NCBI GenBank assembly: GCA_964016885.1 | Contig: OZ024746.1 | Span: 17,546,001-17,610,000, forward strand | DNA from: Eledone cirrhosa | Taxonomy: Eukaryota | Direction: 5' to 3' | DNA: 64,000 nucleotides | Shown: positions 1 to 12,700 of the stretch, one piece after another | How positions within the stretch are numbered: position 1 is the stretch's first letter | Layout of the letters: each line of letters opens with the position of its first letter | The notes under the pieces: generated by a model | Told to the model about the DNA's origin: nothing | Databases searched by the model: none | What the model saw: the letters and a program-made list of their open reading frames with translations, nothing else | Translations under genes and position numbers: made by a program

Positions 1-233
1 GCAAAGCTAACCTCGGCGGGATAAAGGGGCGTAACTCTATGCTGCACGGCATGGGGTCCGACCCTCTACCAATACTGCCAATCCACGACTAACAACAACA
101 AAAATAATAATCACAACAAAATTTGACAACAACAAAAACGTCAAACACAACAAACTATAATGACAACAACAACAATAATAATCGCAACAAAATATGACAA
201 CAATAACAACAACAATAACAACACAGACCCTAC

Positions 234-287
234 CTTGTAGTCCATTTGTCCTCCAATAAGCAGTGCGATACTATAATCTCGTATTGC
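234..287 (-). CDS. TTC6: exon 39 (AIRDYSIALLIGGQMDYK)
   Basis: tttaaag (AAG) / AAG|GTAGGG, phase 0-0; continues the TPR register. Confidence 0.75.
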
Positions 288-3200
288 CTTTAAATAGTAA
301 ATATAACAGAGTTGATGTAAGATATGTTTATTGTATTGTAAATTATATAAACATAGTTTGTATGTAAACAACAGTATTAATAACAACAATACCAACAACA
401 ACATCAGCATCAGCATCGACAGCAACATCAACAACCTCATCAATATCATCATCAACATCATCATAAACATCAGCATCGACAGCATCATCAACAACAACAT
501 TAATAGCAAAATATATCAATCCATCAGAAAAAAATGGACATGAAATGCTGACAAAGATGATGATGATGTTGACAATGATGAAGGCGTTGAAGGATGATGT
601 TGATAATGACGATGATGACAACAATGATAATAATGATGGTAACGATGATGACAATGATGATGATGATGACATAGATGAAGATGATGACAATGATGACAAT
701 GATGACGATGATGATGACGATGATGATGATAATGATGATGATGACTTAAATGAAAAAAAAATATATTTTTACTAAAACCCTTCAAATTGTGTTCAAATTG
801 TGGAATATCTTAAGAATTATTATAAACACATCCAATATAACATTTCATGAGAACTACAGTTAAAAAAGGGTTAAAATAATGGTTTCTGGTTTAGGCCCAA
901 GGCCAACAATTTGGGGGCAAGGGAATGTCAATTAAATTAACCCCAGTGCATTACTGGTACTTTATTTTATCAACCCTGGAAAGATGAAAGGCAAAGCTAA
1001 ACCTTGGTGGGATTTGAACTCAGAATATAAAGAGACATAACTATATGCCACAAAGCATGTTCTCTGATGCTCTACTGATTACTGCCATTCCAATAATGTT
1101 CTTATTTAATTACTAACCTTTGAGATCCTCTTCGAAGCAGCATAACAAATTCCTCGATTAAGATAAAGGACAGCAATATTAGCATTTATATTTATAGCTT
1201 CAGTGAGATCTGCAATAGCAAACTTATAAGCTGCTACAAAATACTTCAAAGCTCCCCTGCAACATATAAAATAGAACATTTTACACTCATTAACCTTTTC
1301 ATTACCATTTTTTCTTTATTGAAAGATGCTACCTATGATTTTCAAATAATTTTGAAAATAATTAAGAATTTTGAAAACTAACTTTCTCATCATCAAGCTA
1401 TTTGGATCATAAAGATTGTGTATTGCATAAAATTATAATGGAATGATTTTATATAAACATAAAGTGGTCATGTTGATGACACAACAAAAAACACCTAGTC
1501 CACTCTGTAAAGTGGTCATTTTGGTACCACGATAAGAAGCCCTTAATCCACACTGCAATGTGGTCATGCTGGTGACATGATGAAAAAGCACCCAGTCCAA
1601 TTTATCAGTTGGTCTCTCTGGTGCCACAAAAAACCCCCACCCAGTCCACACTGTAAAATGGTTATTTTGGTGTCACAAGAAAAAGTGTTCATGCCCAGTT
1701 CACAATGTAAGTAGTTGGTGTTAGAAAGGGCATCCAGCCATAGAAACCAAACCAGAAACAGTTCTGTATGAGCAAGACATGGTCATCTTATCTGATTTGT
1801 CTCATAATATCAGGACAACTCGTCTAACCCATGCTAGCATGGAAAAATGGACATTAAACAGTGATGATGATGGTGATAATAAACACTTTAACCTTTTCAT
1901 TACCATACTTTTATTGAAAGACACTGCCTATCACCTTCAAATAATTTTGATTGATTTAATAATATTACTAACTTTCTCATTATTAAATTGATCTTTGGAA
2001 AAGAAAGATTATTGCATAGATTTTTGATGGAAGGTTTTTATATAAATAGAAACAATAAAACACACAGTTTTGAATCTTAGAATCAGGGACAGTTTCAGGC
2101 AGTTTGGTATTAAAAGGGTTGAAATGTAAAAAACGAGAAAACCACTTGATCACCTATAGATCAGGGGAACACGCCCGTCATATAGATTATATCCTTACTA
2201 GAAGACGTGACAAAGTGTCTGTTGTAAACACTAAATACCTCCCCCGTGAAGAATGCACCTCCCAACATAGCCTAGTAGTTAGTGACCTCATAGTCAGGAA
2301 TAGACAGACATACTCAACGGCAGAGGAGGACTACCTTGAGGAGAAGAATATGGAAGTTGAAGGACCCCATAGCCAGTGACAAATTTAAAAGCTTATTATT
2401 GTGTTAGGAAGGGCATCCAGCCGTAGAAAACCTGCCAGATAGTCCTATATGAGCGAGACACGGTCACCCGACCAAGCTTGCCTCAAGTGGGACAACCCCA
2501 GTCTAACCCATGCTAGCATGGAAGATGGACGTTAAATGATGATGATGATGATGATGATGAAATTTACAGCTCACACATACGTAGGTTTAATTGGTCTCCT
2601 ACATGGTTCCATCTCATAAGTAGTTTCTCGTGTATTTTAATGATAGAAGCCAAAGTCGTATCATAAAAAGCAACATAAATTGTTTTGTTCAAGAACACAA
2701 GACACCGTCTGGTTCAGGAATTGAACCTACAAGGGTTGGCTGAAAAGTTCATAAGCTGACTATGAAGGAGTGATGCTAGAGCTGTGAAACCTTGCATGTA
2801 TTAATTTCAACTCTTCTTATTAATAACTGCATTGTTTCTTTCTAGGGACTATGTTAAAAAAAAAACTTCATTTGATCATTCCATGAGAGTATCTTGGTTA
2901 GTTTAAGAACTTTTCAGCTGACCTTCTTACATATGACCTTATAATCAGGGGTCCAACATACTCACCACAAAGCCACATGATTTAACAAAAAGGTTAAGTT
3001 AACTGATTTGTACCTGTAGAGAAAAGCTTTAATACTCTTAGGTTCTATTTTAAGGGCTTCATTGCAATTTAATATTGCTTTGGGGTAGTTTTTCAAAGCT
3101 CCAAAATGACAGGCTCTACTTAGATAAACCTGAGGTTAAAAAGATAAAAAATGAGATTTCATTTATCAGAAACAAACAAACGGTAAAATGAAAGAAAATA

Positions 3201-5240
3201 TTTTCAATTAAAGCAAATAATGGTAAAATAGGTTGGTTGAGGAGGTAGATTTAGCAGTACATTTCTAGGAGGGGTACACCTCTGAGATACCCCTCCAAGA
3301 GAAATACCTCTCTAAGTGAGGTACATCTCTAGGAGAAAGATATTTAGAGGTACACCTCATTCAGAGACGTGCAACCAAGCGAATACCCTCCATCAGGCAT
3401 CTACCATACTCTGAGCGCCTTGCTTCCCTGGGCATGGATTCATTGAAGCTCCGACGCCTGGCAACTGACTTGGTAAACACCCACAAAATTGTTAACCATG
3501 TTGCCAACAACAACCCTGAGTGCCTTTTCGATTTCCATGTGTCTAACACACGTGGACATGCCCACAAAGTAAGAAAACAGCACAGTTCCCATGACTTTCG
3601 GAAACATTTTTTCACGCTCAGAGTTGCTGAAGCATGGAACAAACTACCTGCATCAGTTGTTAGCTGTCGAGACACTGCATCCTTTAAGGCCTCCATGCTT
3701 CCCGAGATCCGCCAACACTACAGCTAACACATACAAACATGTACTTCCCTGGCATTTGTGTATTATTCTATGTACTATATTGACGAGTTGTAGTGCACCT
3801 GAGCACTTTACACAATAATTTCATTATTATTATTATTACAATGAAAGTAAGAGATGGTGGGGCATACTTACCTTAGCATTTTCCCGATTAGCTACAAGGC
3901 TTCTATTAAAATCACGGATTAAGTTACACATATTCAACTGCATTTTTACATAACCCCGGAAATAATAAGCCTGAAATAAAATGAAATGATGTTACTCAAA
4001 ACAACACAATTTAATCCTTTCATTACCATATTTCTAATCAAGTACATTGTATTTGGACCAATTAATGAATAATTTAGAGGGATTAACTTGAATTATTAAT
4101 TATTACATTAATTGATTCTGATTTAGGCACAAGGCCAGCAATTTTGGTGGGAAAGGAGAAAGTCAATTAAATTGACCCCGGTGTATTACTGGTACTTTAT
4201 TTTGTCAACTTCCACAAAAATGAAAGGTAAAGCTAACCTCGGCAGGATTTGAACTCAGAATATAGAGACATAACTATATACCACAAATATACTGACAATC
4301 CACCATCCTTATTGCATTAAGATAATATTTATAACATAACGTTATAAAACATTCTAATATTGAGTTACGTAGGTACATACAGCAATCTCATAAAATAAGT
4401 AATATCAGGAAATTTCAGTTAGTCAACACAAACACTAATATAGACAAGGCAACAAGATGATCTATATAGTTGATGGACTACTAGAAATAGTAGCCAAAAC
4501 TTCCTCAAAATACCATCCTATAGTCTTTTTAAAATGACACATTAGATAATGTAGGCCTAGATAAACTGCAGAGTTGTTACAGTTACAGTGTTATAATATA
4601 GAATTATAATTGCAATATTGTATAATATAGAATTATTACAGCACTATTGTATGATATATATATATTATCAATATACATAATATAGAACTATTACAGTAAT
4701 ATATATGTAATATAAAATTGTTATAGTGATATATAATATAGAAATGTTATAGTATATTGTAAAATGTAGAAATGTTATAGTATATTGTAAAATGTTGAAA
4801 TGTTATAGTATATTGTAAAATGTAGAAATGTTATAGTATATTGTAAAATGTAGAAATGTTATAGTATATTGTAAAATGTAGAAATGTTATAGTATATTGT
4901 AAAATGTAGAAATGTTATATAGTGGAACTTCAGTTCATGAACACCTTTCATCATGAACAAATCGGTTCAAAAACACCTTTTCAGAACATAAAACGTCTTG
5001 GGTGGTGTCTCAAGTAATGAACAAACTGGTAACAATGATTAGTAACAAGCTGGTATTGGCAGGAAAGTGTCACTTGCTGTGTAGTTAGTTACTATCTGTC
5101 TTTCACACATAGTCTCCCTTCCACTGTATTTCTCTCTCAACATTTCATATGGGAAAAATAGTTTCAGTTTACGAACATTTTGGGTGATGAATAATAACCT
5201 TCAGGAACGAATTAAGTTTGTGAACTGAGGTTCCACTGTA

Positions 5241-5280
<40 letters not shown>

Positions 5281-6711
5281 AATTGTTATAATAATATTAT
5301 ATAATATAGAAATGTTATGGTAATATTGTATAATTCTATATTGCATAATATTATATAAGAACTGGGTCAGATACCTTCACAAAGTTGGGGAAAGAAATAA
5401 ACAATAGAAATATATATTGATACAGTTTTACCTCCTTGTGGGTCTTGTTTATCCTAATGGCCTGATTAAAGGCAGCCAAAGCTTCCGCATACTCCTCCAA
5501 CCTGATATGAACCAATCCAATATGGAAAAAGACATCTGCTGCTTCTTCTGGCCATTCCTTCTTTGCTGGGTTCTGTAAAATAAAGTTTCATGTTGAATGA
5601 GATGGCTAGGTCATGTGTTGAGGAAGGATGAGAGTGACTGGATGAGAAGAACAGAGTCAGTGATGAATGTTGTGAAGAGAAATGGAATGTGATGGCTTGG
5701 TCATGTGTTGAGGAAGGACAAAAGTGAGTGGGTGAGAAGAATGATAGAAACAGAGCTAGTGATGAAAGTGACTGGGTAAAAGGAGTGATGGGAATAGAAC
5801 CAGTGATGAATGTTTTGAAGGGAAATGGAATGAGATGGTTGGGTCATGTGTTGAGGAAAAATGAAAGTGACTGGGTGAGAAGAGTAGAGTCAGTGATGAA
5901 TGGTGTGAAGAAAAATGAAATGTGATGGTTGGGTCATGTGTTGAGGAAGGATGACAGAGACAGGGTGAGAAGAATGATGGGAATGGAAATGAAAATGAGT
6001 ATGGAGGGAAGTAGAGGATGGGGATGACCAAGTAGGACATGGCTAAAGATGACAGAGGTGGAAATGAAAGCCAAACTTTAGATGTGAGAGGGTGTAGACA
6101 ATAGGGTAAAATGTAGAAGCTTGTCATAGGGTCTTGCACATGAAATTAACACGCAAGTGACTGAACATTCCACAGATGCATGCACCCTTAACATAGTTCT
6201 CAGGAAGATTCAGTGTGACAGAGGTTATGCCAAATCTGGTTGTTTGAAATACAGATACAACTCATTTTTGTCAGCTGAGTGGAATGGAGCAATGTGAAAT
6301 AAAGCGTCTTGCTCAAGGACATAACAGACTGCCAAGAATCGAACTCATGACCTTATGATCATGAGCCAAATACCCTCACCACCAAACCACATACCATCAC
6401 ACTAAACAAGATAATGATGATGATGAATGTTGTATTGAAATAAGTTTGTATGTTTTATACTTACTATAATGTCTTTAATTAAGAAATATGTCTGAAGAGC
6501 CTCACGGTAGCGAAAGTCTGCAATCTGAACCTTGGCTAACATTTCTAGCAGAGGAATCGAACAGGGGTCTTTAGTAAGGTTGTACTTTAGAATACTAAGT
6601 GCCTGAAATACAGTATGTATAAACAACTATGGTGTATCATCATCATCATGATCATATATATATATATACAACATAAAAAACAACAAAAACAACAACAACA
6701 ATGAACGACAT

Positions 6712-6744
<33 letters not shown>

Positions 6745-9700
6745 AAGTTCTATTTAAATTGTTGGGATGCAACAAGCAAATATTTTTATAACTGATATAA
6801 AGCACTCAACAAATTATTGGAGTAAAAATACGATATATTAACAAATGGAAACTATATTTATAAAACCATATTTATTTCATTATACCTATTTCAAGGACAC
6901 CAAGTTAAATTATGGTGTGCTTTCATCAGATAAAATATAATATAGATCAGTTTTATAAATAAATATTGACATACCCTTATGGTCGCATTTTTTAAGGGTA
7001 TGTCAATATTTATTTATAAAACTGATCTATATTATATTTTATCTGATGAAAGCACACCATAATTTAACTTGGTGTCCTTAAAATGTGTATAATGAAATAA
7101 ATATGGTTTTATAAATATAGTTTCCATTTGTTAATATATTGTATATATATATATAGGCTTTGAATTTGTTTTGCAACATTTCTGATCTGAAAACGTGTGT
7201 TGAAACAGATATTGGTATCCTTTGGGAGGGCCACGCTGCCAATAAAAACACACGCACCGGTTGCTTTCACTTCAATTTATTATAAATTTCCGGTTGGTTG
7301 GCTGGTTCAATAATTGGACGGTTGTTTATATATTGTCAAAGCACTTTCATCACACATTCTGTGACCTCCTCAGTGACTAGGTTTTTATTTTGTGTCTCTC
7401 ATTTGTTCTGTCCATCACCATCTTGTTTTTGTGTGTTGTGTGCTTAGTTTGCGCATACATTATATCCGGGTGTCTCTGTGTGTGTTTATTTATTTATTTA
7501 TGTGTTTATTTACTTGTCATTAGTTGGTTGCTTGTTCTATCTGTGTGTGTCTGATTTGTTTAGTTAGTTTGGTTTTTGATTCATTTCATTTTACGTCCAC
7601 TTTTCCCTGCTTGCAAGGGTGGGACGGGAACTGATTCTGGCTTGATTTCTACAGCTGGATGCCCTTCCTAACACCAACCTCATTTACAGTGAGCGCTGGG
7701 TGCCTTTTTTGCCGTGGCACCTCCACGACCACTTTGCAGTGGAATGATAGGGACCCCAGTCCCTATTATCTCATTTCTACAGCTGAGTAAACTGGAGCAA
7801 TGTGAAATAAAGTGTCTTGCTCAAGGAAACAACACATCACCCTGTCTGAGAATTGAACTCGCAACCTTTCGATTGCAAGGCCAATGCTCTAACCACTAAG
7901 CCATGTGCCTCCTTTGTGTGTGTCTGTGTATATATATATAGGAAGGCTTAAAATTGGAATGAGAATAAGAAGAAAGCAAGAACGAGGGTGGGGCGGGGGA
8001 GTTTTCCTCATCAGTTGTCTACTGGGGGTCTCGGATATTTCAACGCTTTCTTCTTATTCTCATTCCAATTTTAAACCTTCCTTAACACGTTACTACACAG
8101 TCAATCCTATTCTCTCTCTCTCTATATATACAAACCCTTCCATCAATATATACATTGATACACACAAAAAAATTAAAAACAACTCACATATCCCCCTTTT
8201 ATTTTTTAATGACTGAACTATTGTATTCTTCTGAAGGACTAATATCTGATACATTGAACACTCTTTCATTCAAAGTGTGAACCTAATAAGACTAATTGTT
8301 CTTGTATCTCTGTGTTTGTCAGTTTTTATTACATATATATATATATAGTAATAATAATAAATGTGAAGACAAAAATCCAAAGAGGGCTCGATAAGGATAA
8401 ATATATATAAAATATATAAGAACCCTAGAGCAAATATTTATTAAAATAACAGATTAAAGTTTAAGAAAAGAATCACTGCTTTCACCCTTAACGGGATCTT
8501 CTGAAACTCATTTCAGAAGATCCCGTTAAGGGTGAAAGCAGAGATTCTTTGCTTAAACTTTAATTTGTTATTTTAATAAATATATATATATATACATACA
8601 TACACATATAAACATATATATATATATATATATATACACACAGACATATGTAAACAAATATATATATTTATAGAAGATATAGGTTACTCAAGTGGAGAAA
8701 ATAACTACAAGTACAGTCACTTGCTATAAAGTAGCTTATAAAGACACTTGGAGATGGAAAATGTTGGCAGTAACTGCTACGAAGAATTGAACTCCGTATC
8801 TCCCAGATACTGGTGAGGTGCTCTCACCATTGAGCTAAGGGACCTCTGACAACATCTTACCATCTAAATTAAGGAGCTGAATCAAACAGCTGTTGAGAAT
8901 GTAAACAAACATTGTGTATGAAACTCAATCTTCCTTGTGAGACAACTACAGGTGAAGTACTTAGCTAAGAATAATAGATGAAAGAATGAAGCAAAGTTAT
9001 TAGTTACCGCTTGGTTGCCAGGGATACACACGCCTGAATGAAGACTCCTGGCGAAAGCCAGGAGGCGCCTGACCGAAAAGGCGAATGAGAGAGAGAGAAC
9101 TTAACGTTGCCAGTTTTATAGGGTTCTGACCGGAAGTTACAGAAAGGGTTCTACTTCCTGTCTAGAGACCGTTAATCTATTGGGGTTGTGAGTGTCACAA
9201 CAAGGGAGGCAACTCCTGCTACAAACCCTTATACTTGATATTTGTTGTCCTTTGACAGACTCCCACATTATAATGGGTCACCTCAGTCAAGACTGACTCA
9301 GGGCTAAACAACAACAACATTAAAATGTGTAAATTAACATACATTATTAATGTTTCCTAGATATAGTTGCACCATCGCCATTTCTGAACTAAGGGCAATA
9401 CCAGTTTCAGAACAATTTTCACCAGCCAAACTAAATGTGTGAGGAAGAGAAAAATACATTATATAACAGAGACAATAAAGGTAGAGAGGACTCTTCAGTC
9501 TAGAGTGTACTGGGTGCATTTAATCATGGCATCACCACTACCACTTTACAGAATGTACTGGGTGCATTTTATCATAGCATCAGCACTACCACTTTGCAGA
9601 GTGTACTGGGTACGTTTTATTGTGACACCAGAAATGCTACTTTACAGAATGTATTGGGTGCATTTTATCATGGCATCAGCACTACCACTTTGCAGAGTGT

Positions 9701-12700
9701 ACTGGGTACGTTTTATTGAGACACCAGAAATGCTACTTTACAGAATGTATTGGGTGCATTTTATCATGGCATCAGCGCTACCACTTTACAGAATGTACTG
9801 GGTGTATTTTATCATGGCACCAGCAAAACCACTTTACAAAATGTACTGAGTGTATTTTATCATGGCACCAACACTATCATTTTACAGAGTGTACTGGATG
9901 CATTTTACCATGGCATCAGCACTACCAGCTTATATCGTCTTAACCGAGGTCGGCTAGCTCCAGTTATGATGAGAAGCAGCAACATCAAAGCTTTGTTCAA
10001 GGCTGCATATTGAGGGAACCAACTGGATCCACAACAACATTTGTGTGGTTCACACATATGTGGAGGCCAAGAATCTGGGCCACTCAAATGTGAGGGTACT
10101 GATCATCAAGAAGGGTGCTGGTTGCTTCTCCTTACCTAAGGAAACCATTTGACCATTCTTGGAAGCCCAATTTGAAACATACATAACCCTGAAAGAAGAA
10201 AAAGGAAGAAGGATAGTCTCCATGAAAAGAAAGGTAAAAATACAGCAATAAGATAAATTCATATTGTAATAAGAGTGCTGTTTGTCTGTCACGCTCACTT
10301 TATATAGAGAGGGGAGCACCAAGTGAGAGATACGTACATAGATAGAGAAAAGAGAACGCTGTGTGTTTTTGAGATGACAGAAAGAGTTAGACAAACAGAA
10401 AGTTATGAGGTTGTTCATCTATATAGAGAGAGAGAGGGGGCACCAAAAGAAATGTACATAGAGAGAGAAAAGGAATGCCATTTGTTTAGAGAGAGAGAGA
10501 GAGAGAGAGTGTGACAGAAAGAGGAAGAAGATGATGCCACCTTCATTTACTAAAAATGCATATAACAAGGTAGACATGACTGTGTGGTTAAGGAGTTCAC
10601 TTCACAACTACTTGGTTTCGGGTTCAGTTCAGTTCAGCATCACATTGGCCAGGTGTCTTCTACTGTTGCCTCAGTTTGACCAACACTTTGTAAGTGAAAT
10701 TTGGTAGATGGAAACTGTGCAGAAGCCCATATATACATTTGAATATGTGTTTAATATTTAAAACATTCAAATATTAACTGAATGAGCACTCAATACTGAT
10801 GTGTGGAGTGTAGGAATGTAGAAATAGATTTTTTCAGTAGAAAAGTGACAGTGGTTTTGAAGTTTCAGCCAGATGAAGTGACCAGATACACCCTAACGAT
10901 TGTGAAGACCCCCCCCTCCCCAATAAATGCCACACCCAATAAATGGTAAAGGGGTAGAAATAAGTGAACTTACCAAATACATGAAATTTCTGTAGTTATT
11001 GGGGTACATATGGAGTAAGATGATTAAGTCTCTTAAGGCACTCGTGTACTGTAAAGATACCAGAAACAATGGAGCTATTAATACATGCTTTCCTTTTTTA
11101 CTGGTTACAGTCATTAAACTGTGGCCATGCTGGGGCACTGCTTTGAAGGAGTTTGTATTAAATCAAGTACTCTGTCATTGGTTTCAGTTACACTGTGGCC
11201 ATTATGTCCACTTTTCCATGCTTGTATGGGTTGGACAGGTCTTTTCCAGCAAATCATCTCTCCATATGTTACATTCATCATCTCCTCTGTGCAGCAATGA
11301 GATCAAGTCTCATTACCTCTGCAACTAGCTTCCACCGTGATTCCTTGGCACTTCTTTACCCAACAATCATTCTCCATACACATCACATGTTAATACCAGC
11401 ACAGTCTTCTCTCTCACATGTTACATTTGATTCCTCTTATACCCAGTTTTTCTCTCAGTTAATCCGTATTTTGCCATTTATCCCCATTAACACCACACAT
11501 TCAATGGAGCATGTTTGTTTCATTTCTCTCCAGTCTTTGCATATCCTCTGCATTTACTGCTTGTATCTCACTACCATGCAACATCTCACATTGCATGCAG
11601 CATCATACAACTTTAATTTATATATTTTTCAAGCACAATACTTATTTTATCAATCCTTATTTGTCCAACCGCTATGTTGCAGAACATAAATAAATAGTGA
11701 AAATAAACAACACATACATCATCATTATCATAATTTTATATCTGCTTTCCGTGTCAACATGGGTTGGATGAGTCATCAACATCTGAGATTAGACATGTCA
11801 AAGAAACATGTTTTGCTCATAAGTTCCATATTTTGATGAATATATGCTCAATACCTTTAATCCTGTTGACTCCAAATTGCCTGAAACTTTCCCTTGGTCT
11901 ATCATACAAAGTCATATGTTTAGAAATATTCTGATTTAAATTAAAAACCTTCCATCATAATTTTATGTGACATCTTTCATTAAATTATGTACTAAAGTCT
12001 ATGCATCTTACATCAATTAACCAAAAAGTTAAGTATTTTACTGAATTCCTTCAAATTCTTCAATAAACTAAACCTTAGAACTGCATATCTCTGATACCAA
12101 CCTGGCTAAAACTTGCTCTGGTTCTATGAAACAAAACCAACCATTTGAAAGGGGCTTCTATTTGGATTAAAATCTTCCAACGTAATTTTATATAAGAACC
12201 AAAAGTTAAGTTACTATCATGTATGAACCAATAACTCCCGGGGAAGTCATGGGACCACTGTATTGATATACAGCATTTCTTGGTCATTTAAAACCTGGTG
12301 GAGCCCTCTTCCAAAGAAAGAGAGATAATAATATCGAGGAAGAATAGAAATTGAATGCAATACTGGACAAGTACTTTACTTCTTGATTTCAAAAGTTTGA
12401 AAGCTAAAGTTGATCTCGGAGGGATTTGAACTGAGAACACAGAGATCCAGAACAAACACTTGTAAAGCATTCTATCTGACATTCTAATCACTTGACCAAT
12501 TAACTGCCCATAATTTACCTATCTTAATAATGAAATAATTAATAATTTTAGTAAATCCTTAAAAATGATTCATTAATTAATTGAAATAGTTATATCTAAT
12601 TAAAAGTATGGTGATGAAAAAGTAAAAAATGATGATGAAAGGGTTAAACCTTCAGAATAAGCTGAATAACTTACATTTTCAATTTTCATATAAGTCTGAG

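Noticed and set aside
141-785. Asp-, Ser-, His- or Leu-rich ORFs (also 37.3-37.7, 41.5-42.0, 53.7-54.2, 63.4-63.8 kb)
   Set aside because: Trinucleotide microsatellite translations.
8936-9201. Solo LTR
   Set aside because: TG...CA-like ends and a TATA-like motif, but no target-site duplication found.
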